A DNA stretch of 64,000 nucleotides from Octopus bimaculoides (taxonomy: Eukaryota). The notes under the pieces were generated by a model, which was not told where the DNA came from, did no database searches, and worked only from the letters and a program-made list of their open reading frames with translations. The stretch's first letter is position 1. Each line of letters opens with the position of its first letter. Positions 1-11,400 of the stretch are shown in pieces. The position numbers and the translations under genes are program-made. The stretch lies in the NCBI RefSeq assembly GCF_001194135.2, contig NC_068982.1, positions 63,679,000 through 63,742,999 on the forward strand, read 5' to 3'.

Positions 1-1150
1 GGCTCCTCGGTAACATTGCCATGCCAAACAATTCTGGAAGTTATCCAGCGTCTTCGGCCCGAATGTACGATGGAACAGACTGGCCAGCGGATTATCATCG
101 AGACCTAGGGCTTCCTTCAAGGTATCGTCACATTTCGCCTCTACAAAGCCTCTATAGAAGAATGTGGTAGAACCACTACCGCAGGCGTTGCCCGAGAGAT
201 AAAATATCCGGAGAGCCTTACGACACTCCGTAAACCATGTACCCAACTTCGGTCTACGATAGAACCAGGTATCTAGTCCACCGAAACAAGTGAACTTGCG
301 AAACATGTTTCGCCAGCGGAGACCACACCCGATCATCATCCAGATGAAACCACAGATGCCTCAACCTCAGCGCGTGCCTGCGCATCGTCAGCCAAGGCAT
401 CTCTAGCGCATCCTTTAACGGTTGTTGGCAGCAAATAGAGCGTCTCACAAGCGGATTCGAGCCCTTCCAAAAGAAGCGGAAGAGCTGTCTTTCCAGCTTG
501 CTCACCCACGAATCAGGGCAGGGAACGACGGTTGGGCGGTAGGTGATGACCGATGCGATGAACACCTCTGCTCCCCCTTTCAGGGATAGCCACCGCTAAG
601 ATCAGGTCTTGGCTATGTGGACCACCCTGCTCGCCACCTCGGCCCAGTTCTTCTCTATTTGGAGGCCTGGTCCAAGCTAGACTCCTAGCAACTTAATCGA
701 ACCCTCAGTCCAACGTCCAACGACGCTGTCAGGAGGCATCGACTTGCCTCTCCAGGTGCCGAGCTGCCAGCCGACTGACTTTTCACGATTAAACTTTGCT
801 CCTGCCACCGTCTCGTATTCCACAATTGCCTTGCCTACCCTCTGTAGGTGATCCATTTCGGTTACGATGATGGTGATGTCGTCCGCGTACGCCGAAACCG
901 ACTCTCCACCACCTGGCTGTCTCGGGATGTCGCTCAATTTTCGCAGCAATCGCTCAAAAGCCATTACATACAAGAACGGGGAGAGCGGACATCATTGACG
1001 AGCCGAGCGTTTGATGCTGAACGGCTTACATAAAAAGCGGTTCACCCGAAATGCCGAGTAGATGTTGTGATAAATTTCAATGATCCACCTGAGGAAGCCA
1101 AGACCCAAGACGAACTGTGCCAGAACGGACGCCAGGTAATGATGGTCGTA
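1..1150 (-). mobile_element. 5'-truncated Tx1/L1-like LINE ORF2 (reverse transcriptase) remnant, runs off the left edge
   Basis: Degraded frames YDHHYLASVL, CPLSPFLYVMAFERLLRKL, SAYADDITI, AKFNREKS, RQLFRFFWKGSNPLVRR; several stops and frameshifts. Confidence 0.85.
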
Positions 1151-1220
1151 CGAAAATAAAATAGAATATTCATTTATTTAATTATTTTATATATACGCTG
1201 AATTATGTGATATTGTCATT

Positions 1221-1369
1221 TCATTTAAACCATTTTCGAGCTGACCACTCACTGGTCATTTCCTCACCAAACATTTCGTTGACATCGTGAGCAGTCTCAG
1301 CTGCTTTACGTCCTTTTTTGAAGTTGAATAGCAAAATTACTTGAATATCGCGCTTTGACATTTCCATTT
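1221..1369 (-). mobile_element. Mariner transposase N-terminal HTH fragment
   Basis: ATG at 1367: MEMSKRDIQVILLFNFKKGRKAAETAHDVNEMFGEEMTSEWSARKWFK*, resembling the mariner N-terminal HTH. Confidence 0.8.
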
Positions 1370-1387
1370 CAGATGATTGTAACAACG
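1370..1387. repeat. 18-bp target-site duplication copy A
   Basis: cagatgattgtaacaacg. Confidence 0.85.
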
Positions 1388-3526
1388 ATTTCTTTATGGA
1401 GACAGTACAAAAATGGACAAAAACACAAAAGTGGGGAAAAAATAAAACGAACGGGAAGGATGGTATAAAAAATGAATGGATGAAATGAAGACCACTCGAG
1501 CCCCACAATCCACTTCGAAACTGTTTTTAAAACAATCAAAGACATAATATGTCCATGTTAAATATTTTAAAAGTTCATGAGCTTACCACTGACTGCACTC
1601 CCTTGGTACCAATTTCCTTTCGTTGGATAATGACATTTCTCCCGTAATCCTTACTTGATCTTTGCAAGTTCTTTCTGTCCATTAATACTCATTTAACTTG
1701 CGAGAGCACTCCCTCACACCCTTCAATATCGACTTTTATCAACTCGTCCAGATTGATTAATTTCCTCGCTCAACTCATCGAGTGACTCATTGTTAAAAAC
1801 AATGCAACTTTTTTCACAGGATTAGAGTTGGGAAATTTGGGTCTCTTGTGTGTTTGTAGCTATAGTATCAGTGTCTGGTGGAGTAGGGTGAGGGTTGGTG
1901 TTTGCAGTGGGGTGGGGGGCTGTGTGAGGTTGGTAGGATTGGGATTAACATCAATACCCTAAGTTCTTATCTGTTTTCTTTTCTTCCGGCATACCGTCTT
2001 CCATTCTTCTGTTTTCTTTTCTTCCGGCATACCGTCTTCCATTCTTCTGTTTTCTCTTCTTCCGGCATACCGTCTTCCATTCTTCTGTTTTCTCTTCTTC
2101 TNNNNNNNNNNNNNNNNNNNNNNNNNNNNNNNNNNNNNNNNNNNNNNNNNNNNNNNNNNNNNNNNNNNNNNNNNNNNNNNNNNNNNNNNNNNNNNNNNNN
2201 NNNNNNNNNNNNNNNNNNNNNNNNNNNNNNNNNNNNNNNNNNNNNNNNNNNNNNNNNNNNNNNNNNNNNNNNNNNNATCTGTTTTCTTTTCTTCCGGCAT
2301 ACCGTCTTCCATTCTTCTGTTTTCTTTTCTTCCGGCATACCGTCTTCCATTCTTCTGTTTTCTCTTCTTCCGGCATACCGTCTTCCATTCTTCTGTTTTC
2401 TCTTCTTCTATTTGTGCCTCATTGCCATCTTCCTTGCCTGGCTCCTTCATACTCTCTCCTGTGCTACTTGTCATTGCAGGAGATGGAGGTGCGATTTCGC
2501 TCCGGACCTGCAGTGCTTCTGGCGTCCTTGTGGTAGGTGGAGGGCACTCTTTTCTTATGTCGCTCTTCTGGTCACATTCATAGCAGCGGGACTTCCTGCC
2601 CTCCACTATGACTCTGAATACCACCTCGTCTCCCACCATTATGGTGTCGACCATTCTTTCAAGGTCCTCCAGGGCAGCCTGGATCATTATCTTCAGGCTC
2701 TTCTCTTGCCAATTCTTTAGCGGTGTTCTCGTTGCCAGGAAGACCTCAATCTTCTCCTCTACATCCAGGTAACATCTACCTCCGGGGAAATCTCTTCCAC
2801 CTTCACCCTGGAAGCACACCTTCCAAGGTAAATAGGCAGAAATATTTGCTCGTTCGTTTTCAGGGAGTCTACCGAATGTTGCCTGGCTTTCTTCTCGGAT
2901 GCAAATCTCATATCCACATTTGCGTATTTCCTCCCTCTGTCAAGATAGGTGACATCTTGCCAGATGGGTCTCAATGCCTTCTCAACTTGTAGTTTTGTCA
3001 CTATCTCCATTCTCTTTGCGTCCAGTTCTATATATTATTGTCTTTTTTGCGTGTCCTTTGTAACTTCACTAGGAGGGGTGACTTTTACTTCGTGCCTCTC
3101 TCTTCGCAGGATTTCCCTGTACTTCTTCAACTCCTCCTTCTTAAAACAAATCTCTTCTTTTGTTTCACCAGCCTAACTGCAGAATTCATTTTTTTTTCCA
3201 CCTTTATTTTTTCCAAAATTCATATTTTTTGCAAAATTCATTTTTTTTTCCACCTTTATTTTTTCCATCTTCTGATCTGCAATATCTAAACTTCTCAGTA
3301 ATTCTTCTTCTTCAGACGTCCTTACGTCTGAAGAATTCAAATCTTCATGAAGATACAAGCAATGCGCTTGCCCCTTCAAACAAGGAGGACAACGTTTACA
3401 AAACTGCTTATGGCAACACAAACGAGTGTCCCAAGACAACAATTAATAACAAATATATTTCCAATTCAACAATCCTTCGCTAACCTCTCTAACGACGCAC
3501 AGACAACATTCGCGAACAAGTCGGTC
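1388..3526 (-). mobile_element. ORF1-only Tx1-like non-LTR element E1
   Basis: Degraded ORF1 (SEEEELLRSLD; RFASEKKARQH; YLGR; knuckle CYECDQKSDIRKEC at 2585-2544) followed by a 3' UTR ending ATAAAGAAAT; no endonuclease or RT motifs seen; bounded by 18-bp direct repeats. Confidence 0.75.
1965..2405. repeat. 38-bp minisatellite inside E1 ORF1 (contains an N gap)
   Basis: ccggcataccgtcttccattcttctgttttct... recurs at 1986, 2024, 2062 and again after the gap. Confidence 0.9.
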
Positions 3527-3544
3527 CAGTTGATTGTAACAACG
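3527..3544. repeat. 18-bp target-site duplication copy B
   Basis: cagttgattgtaacaacg (1 mismatch to copy A). Confidence 0.85.
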
Positions 3545-4986
3545 ATTTCTTTATTATCCACAAGTGGCTAAACACAGAGGGACAAATACAAACATATAAG
3601 TGGGACAAAAAAAGACAAATGAATGGGGAAAATGAAGAAATGAATAATGAATTGGAATGAAGCCACTCGACCCCACATCCGAGCGACTTCATTTACACTT
3701 TTTTACTTTTTCTGCAAATTTATGATTTAACTTAGGCGGCAACTTACTTGCGTCTGCTGCCACGCCTATGTCCAATGTTTTTGTCCCACAGTTTTCCATT
3801 AGAGCAAGACACTTTTTTAGGGTGCAGGTTGGGGAATTTTGGGTTCCTGTTTGTTTATGTTATTATCTGTCAGGAGGGGCAGGGAGAGGTTGTGACAGCA
3901 TGGGATCGGGTGATCGTCGGGTGGGAGTAGGGTGGGGGTTCACATATTTTTCCTTAGGCCTTTTTTTAGTTTTCCTCCTTTTAGCTTGTGCCCATTCCTG
4001 CTCTTTCTTCCCAGGCTCCTCCTCGCTTGTAGATAACTTTGCCAGAGGTGGGGTTGCGACTTTTTTTCTTTTGGTTCCTTTGCACTGAGTGGAGGGTATT
4101 CTGCCTTCATGTGGCCTTTTCCTCCACATTTAAAACACCTGGTCGCGTCCTGCTCTCAACCATGACTCTCAACCTGATGTCCCCGTCGACCGTGATGGTA
4201 TCCGGGGCGGCCTAGATCACCATTTCCAGGCCCTGCCCTTGCCAATTCTTGTCGGCACTCTTTTTGCCTGGACGACCACAATATGGTCCTCCATACCAAG
4301 TAGGGTGGCATCTACCAGTCAAGCAACATCCACCTCAGGAGGGATTTCATCTACTCTTATCCGAGAAGTACGTCTTCCTAGGTAAATGAGTAGAAGGAAC
4401 CATGTCTTCTGTCTTGAGGGGAGTAACGGCACGCTGCCTGGCCACAGCCTCGGATGCAAACGGCACCTCCAACATTGCGAACTTTCTCTCTCTAGCTAGG
4501 TAAGCAACCTCTTTTCAAATGTGCTGCAGGGCCCTTTCCACTGCAGCTCTCGTAGTCACCTCTATCCGATGCAGGCTTACGTTGTATATTCTATACAACA
4601 CCGTTCTTTTAGCTGTCCTTTCGGTAGTGTCCCTAGGAGGGGATATCTTGACAATGTTTCCCTCCATTTTCATTGCTTATGGCAATCTTTCAATTCCCTC
4701 TAAACACACATCTTCAGACTGCCGTCTCATCGCTTCTGCGAAACTCCTCCATTCTATCTCTCTATCTATTTCGTCCAGACATCCCACCAGCTCCTCCTCA
4801 GACGATGACAGGTTTGCGTAGCTAATTCTCTCCATTTAACAGCGCTTCTCCCTTCAAACAAGGGACACAGCGTTAACGAAACTGCCGTAAGACAGCCAAA
4901 AAAAAGTGTCTTACGACACAAAATTAACAACAAATACAACTTTGACTAACCTTTCACACAAACAAAATTCACGATCAACTCGGTCA
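3545..4986 (-). mobile_element. ORF1-only Tx1-like non-LTR element E2
   Basis: ATG at 4835 MERISYANLSSSEEELVGCLD; knuckle CFKCGGKGHMKAEY at 4137-4096; 5' and 3' UTRs homologous to E1; ends AATAAAGAAAT; bounded by 18-bp direct repeats. Confidence 0.75.
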
Positions 4987-5004
4987 CAGATGATTGTAAG
5001 AACG
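4987..5004. repeat. 18-bp target-site duplication copy C
   Basis: cagatgattgtaagaacg (1 mismatch to copy A). Confidence 0.85.
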
Positions 5005-5276
5005 GTGAAAAATATCAATGTTAATTTATGGATGCATTTGGGAAAGTCTATGTCTGTATTATCAGACAATTTCAAAAAAATGTTTAATAAAAATTCAAAA
5101 CTCTGCAAAAAATGTTTTAAAAAATTCAAAACTCAGCAAGAATTCGGTACAAATGCTTCATGGTTCAAAACGCAGCTTACTACTTACTTAACATAACAAA
5201 TTAACGCAATTAAAATGAGATTAAAATAATTCTTACGGTTACTGTATTCTTTCACTTTGAATTATACAGGAGTTAG

Positions 5277-5471
5277 TTATAGGATTGACTGCTCTTTTAG
5301 TGAATCAATGATGGCACTTGGTGTTGTAATCGGTAAATATCGGAAAATCGGAACTCCATCGGCATCGATAACGAATTTTTCAAAATTCCACATGATGTCT
5401 CGCGGAGTGATAGGATTCCAGGTACATTTCATCTTATCGTATTTTGCATTACGTGGCGAAGGACATAAATC
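5277..5471 (-). CDS. GPX: GPx coding exon 3 (W175/N176, stop TAA)
   Basis: Acceptor tttcag|GAT; DLCPSP...WNPITPRDIMWNFEKFVIDADGVPIFRY...SIL*. Confidence 0.95.
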   Translation of the reverse strand, partial: DLCPSPRNAKYDKMKCTWNPITPRDIMWNFEKFVIDADGVPIFRYLPITTPSAIIDSLKEQSIL

Positions 5472-8400
5472 CTGAAATTTTAGAATGCAAAGCAAAAATA
5501 TAATGGCAGTCACGTTGGTTGGCGAGGTGATAAGGGAGTTTGAAAACCAATTGGGTAATAGATGCACTACAAAGTATTTCGTCTTAGTGAGAATTTTCTG
5601 GCTCAGCTAGGCTTCTGGCGTCAAATTCTCCTTAAAGTATATTATGGAAATATATTCAACTCAGTGGAACAGGCTAACGAAACACTCTCATCACCTGAAC
5701 TATCACCTTTCGGTGTTACATATTTGCAGTATCGAGCGTAGTTGCATCATCAGAAATTACATTAGTAACAGCTATAGTGTAGTGCCGGTTTCAGGATACG
5801 AAGTACTGTAACGTTTTAATTGCCTGTTAGGCATCCTATTAATTCGGCAAACGGTAAGTCAGGATGGAATTTGTGCGAGATGTCTAAGTGGGTTCTGCTG
5901 TGTAGTTGTTGTGAATGGAACATACTGGCATGCATGTGTCACTGATGGAGATCTAGAGGATAGAAAATACTATGGGCTTCTGTATGCGTGCATGGGGAGC
6001 AAAGACGAATGAGAATTGTGAGATGTGTTTGGAATCGTTTATCACTGCGTGTGAGAGGTAGAGCTACGAAAGGAAAGGAAATCTATTGAGGTGAGATAAT
6101 TGTTGAGGATGTTATGCTGTGCTTCCGGATTACACTACACTCAACTTATAACAACGAAACCGGTTGATTCAACACTTAGGCTAGTCTGCCGAAAATAACT
6201 CATAAATTTTTTTAATTGTAAGCTTAAATATATACCGATATAACCACATATTTATAAACATCATTATAAATTTGTATTATTATTATTGGTAAGGCAGCGA
6301 GCTGGCAGAATCGTTAGCACGCCGGACAAAATGCTTAGCAGCATATCATCCGTCTTTGCATTCTGAGTTCAAATTCAACCGAGATCGACTTTGTTTTTCA
6401 TCCACTCTAGATCGATAGAATAAGTACCAGTGGTACATTGGGTCGATCTAGTTGACTTACTCCTCCCCCTCCCCTAGTGCCAAAATTTGAAAACTACATG
6501 ATTATTATTGCTGTTAAGGCGGTGAGAATTATTAGGACGCCAGACAAAATGCTTGGTGTCATTTCGTCCATCTTTACGTTCTGAGTTCTTTGCCTTTTAT
6601 CTTTTCGGGGGTCGATGAAATAAGTGCCAGTTGAGCATTGTCGACTTGCTCCACACACCAAAAATCAGATAAGATTATCATTGTTGTTATTAATGCGGAG
6701 AGCTGGCAGAATCGCTAGCACACCGAGCAAAATGCTGAGAAGCATTTCGTCGTTTTTCACGCTCTAAGTTCAAATTCCGCCGATGTCGACTTTGTTTTTC
6801 ATCCTTTCGAGGTCAATAACATAAGTTCCAGTTTGACAATGGGTTCAATAAAATCAAATATCCCCCTCCCCTAAAAATTTTCAGGCCTCGTCTCTATATT
6901 ATTGTTATTGTTACCTTGAAATGTATTGTTTGAAGTGGATTTTATAATGAGTGCTATTGCATTGCTTTTGTTCATTATCTTTGGCTCAGTGTGTTGTGCT
7001 TATTTGTTTATAATTTGATGCATTATGCGCATTCATGTTGGCTTGGTTTCATTTAACATTCAAATATACTGATCGTTTAGTCAATTTAAGTCTCGCTTTA
7101 TATACTATTTCAGTTTTGTTATCCTAAATCTTTTGAGATGTTTCGTGTTTATCAAAACAATGATGCAAATGTTTCCATTTTAAATACTGGGTTTTTAATT
7201 TTTACTAAGATAATTTGAAAAATATGTTACAAATACCTTCAGAATAGTGAAAAGAGGAAGCTCGTTTTTACCATTGACATCAGCTTTCTCCATCATATCA
7301 ATTTTAGGAACAAAACCATTTCCAGGACGAACATGTTTGAGACCGTTCAGAATTTCTGATTTATTTAAACCAGGTTCCATATGACTAAATTGATTACAAG
7401 GAAATCCGATGATTTCTAATTTCTGTTTTAGAGTCTTTTCTAACAATGCATTCATTTCAATATATTGCGTTGCGTAGCCTGAAAGAGGTCAGGGAATAAA
7501 TCGGTTCTGTTAATAACTATCAGCTTGTTTTATAATCAAAAAATAAATACCAAGCAGGTCGAATCTATAACTGATTTGTTTGTTTGTTTTTTCGTTTTTT
7601 TTTTTAATAATTCCATTGAGATTATAACACTGGATTCTTAATCTCTTTAATCTGTGGTCGTGCTTATTATATATCTCTGACTTTCTCTACCACTCAACTG
7701 TTTGATATTAGCTATTTAATATATCAACACATTGAAATTAGTAAATCAACGCTTACCAGAATGAATTCACTAGTTATAAACCTTCTTGTGCTGAATTAAA
7801 TTCATGTATTTCTCTTTGTGAAATAAATGTATGGAAAATATTTTCAACTAAAATTTCCATCTATAAAAAGAAACTTATATTTATCTGATATCGAAATAAT
7901 GATTGTTTATGCGATGTTTTTATTCAGCGATGAAATACCTAGTCATCTATTTGAACATATTACGAAACTCTATAAAAATATAGGCACGTCCTGATTAGAG
8001 TAGAACTATACTGTTTTACCCAAAACAATCATTTTTCGGAGGAAAAGCTGCGTCAAACTATTCTATTCAACATGCCCTTCTTTTTTTAAAGAACATGGAG
8101 AGTGATTTGAGGATGCGGACTTTTAATGTATCATTTCTGTTTGGCATTTTCGCCTTCTTATCGCTTTTACATTAAACACATGCACAAACAGTCAAACCAT
8201 CCTTAAATCGCTCTCCATGTTCTTTGAAAAGGAAGGACATGTTGAATAGAGAAGTTGGATACAACTTTTCCTCCGAAAAATGGTTTGGGATTAAACAGTA
8301 TAGTTCTACTCTTATCAGGAGAGATGAAGCTGTATGAAGAGACAGTTGTAACCTACTAGCTTCATTCAAACCATTTTCTTCAGATCCTACCCCACTATCT

Positions 8401-11400
8401 TAAACATTTACCAATATATTGGATAAAATAATTCTTGAATTCCGGTTACACACTGAAAATTCATCACAAAGAAATACTTCATCCAATATGCATAGATGCT
8501 GTAAGATAATGATAAAACCTAGAAAGCTACAGGAAGCAATATTCCAATAATTTCAAAGGGGAAACTATTTTCCGAAACATACGCACAAATATAAAAACAG
8601 CATCATTTAAAAATGGCGCTGGATAATTTCAGAAAATTGTATATACATAGAACGTATACATAGAATTTTATTCGGCCTATGTTGTGTATGCAGGCCTGGG
8701 CATCATTTTTTGGGGTAGACTAGCATGTATCATACATGCATGTTTCCTCTCTCCACACCACCGGCGTTTATCTAAAGGATAGGCCGTCGACCTCAGCCAA
8801 TACAGCTTGGTTGTCGGGTCGTAGGCATTATTTTCAGAACACAAAGAACAGGAACAGAACGTAAAGCATTTCGCCCGACTCTATAACAGTTCCGCCAATC
8901 TGCCACACTGGATTGGTACTTTTGTCGAACCGAGGAAATGCAAGCGAATGTTGACCTCGGTGGTATTTCAACTCAGAGAAGAGAGACGTTCAACCAACTC
9001 CAAACACACTCCTACGAATTTTATGAATTTCCGTTTCCACACATACATTCACACTATTTATTTATGAGACAACTATACCTTTGTGCATCATTCCCAATAC
9101 GCAGCAGCACACACTCACTTGTACACAACTTAACACACACGCACATACTTACCTATAAGCACGCACATGTATGGCATTTTCGCCTTCTTATTGCTCTTAT
9201 TTACATTAAACACACGCACGCAGACAGACCCTAACATGCACAAACATCAACTTGTTCGTATGTTATCTCCCATGACAGGCAACCACACTCCAGAATAAAA
9301 ATGCTATTCCATTCTAAAGACACCCGTTATCCATTTCATTCATTTCATTTGTTTAACATAAGTGCTTTCACAGCAAAACATTAATCCGCGACATCTTTTA
9401 ATTTCATATTTTTACTTCTCAGATTTTTTTTTCCTTGTAGAAAACCAGAATCCGAAACGGTAAACGTTCGATTTCTTCTGAAGAAAATGTGGCTGAAGCA
9501 GGTGTAGACGGATGCTCCTTTGGTTTGAATGAAGCTGGTAGGCTACAACTGCCTCTTCATACATAAAATTAATCACCTTATATATTTGCTTATATTAATA
9601 TAGTTTTGTTCCTGAAACCTTTTCTATGTCATTCTAATGCTGCGATTCTATTTCAGTTACCCTTTCAAAAACACAAAATTAGAAACGTCACAAGAAACAA
9701 CAAAAAAACAGAAAGCTATCTGTCCTGCCATCAAGCCTATAATGCGCAAAAGTAAAAACTTCATAATTTGCACTTTTCCCGAACAGCGTACTACAAACAT
9801 GCATCACATCTCCCACTATTTTCCATACAATGTTACCGTACATCTTCAAATTGTACGAACATTCTCATTTACTGATGAATTCCCATTCACATTTTCTTAC
9901 GATACTCCTGGCACAGTAGTACAAGTGCTCTAATTCTACGCCATTCACTCACAATTCTATTAAACTAAAAGAAATACCGAGCAAACAAAAAGGCCTTCCT
10001 TCATATCAGAAATACCAGAGGACATCAAATCCAACTAACTGTCAGATTCAATGACATAAACTTATCACGGAAACAGAAGACAAAAGTATTATGATGTGTA
10101 TTCAGTATCTCCACAATATTTAGAAGATAAGCAAAACTACGCACAAACATGCTTAGAGCTGTCATATAAGTCAGACATTTGGTTGACAGAAAAACAAATA
10201 TGATATACAAACAGTACTTTAGATTCAGCATAAATTTTCCAGTCCCAACTTGCCTTTTCTATATATCAAACAACATTGTACAGAAAATTTTAGGGCCAAG
10301 AAAAAAACGTAGTTCTCACGTACATTTCATTGTGAAGTTGATTGTGCTAAATTCGAATTTTATAACAAACATTTCCCATCACATCACATTTTCTTGTATA
10401 TTGTTGGCACTCCCTCATTACGACGTCGAGGGTTCCAGTTGATCCGATCAACGGAACAGCCTGCTTGTGAAATTAACGTGCAAGTGGCTGAGCATTCCAC
10501 AGACATGTGTACCCTTAACGTAGTTCTCTGGGATATTCAACGTGACACAGTGTGACAAGGCTGGCCCTTTGAAATACAGGTGCAACAGAAACAGGAAGTA
10601 AGAGTGAGAGAAAGTTGTGGTGAAAGAGTACAGCAGGGTTCGCCACCATCCCCTGCCGGAGCCTCGTGGAGCTTTAGGTGTTTTCACTCAATAAACACTC
10701 ACAACACCCGGTCTGGGAATTAAAACCGCGATCTTATGACCGCGAGTCCGCTGCCCTAACCACTGGGCCATTGCGCCTTCACTCTTGTATATTACTGACT
10801 TAATAACTATGCAATCAATTTATACCATTTTCCACGATACCATACATTTATTTTGCTCTCAAATATGTCTATTGTAATTAATTCATAAATATATAACGAA
10901 TCAGCATGTTTGTTAGCATTATATAATTATTAACCTACATTTTAGTATTTACTTCTTCATTTAAAAGACGTCTCAGGTGTGTCATGCTTCAAGTTCCAGC
11001 AGAAGTCAGCCAGCATAGATGGGCTACATTTTCCTTTATACCTGTTTTCCATTGACGCTATATCTTGATGTAACCTCTCTCCATGTTTATCACCCACATC
11101 TCCTTCATTCTCTGAGAAGGGCAGATGAGAATGAAGAAAGTGTATCTTCAGTGAGATATTGCGTTCGAGATTTTGGTTGCACTTGATTAGGCTCTCCACT
11201 ATATTCTCTCGCTGGACCACGTGATGTTTCCCCAGAAGTCCTTTGCATACATCTTTGAATGCATGTCAGGCCGCTAACTCAGTTTCATCCATTGTCGCCT
11301 CGAAGTCCTCATCAGCTATAAGTTGACGAATCTGAGGGCCTACGAATATGCTCTCTTAAATCTTGGCATGATTTATTTTAGGGAAGATCACCCTGAGGAA

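Noticed and set aside
1700-1770. LIKVDIEGCE resembling an FkbM methyltransferase motif
   Set aside because: Short match inside a degraded retroelement frame with nearby stops.
5132-5163. SECIS-like ATGA...AA...GA in the GPx 3' UTR (minus strand)
   Set aside because: Only 23 nt between ATGA and GA with ~4 bp of pairing, too short for a SECIS helix; the gene also has no in-frame TGA.
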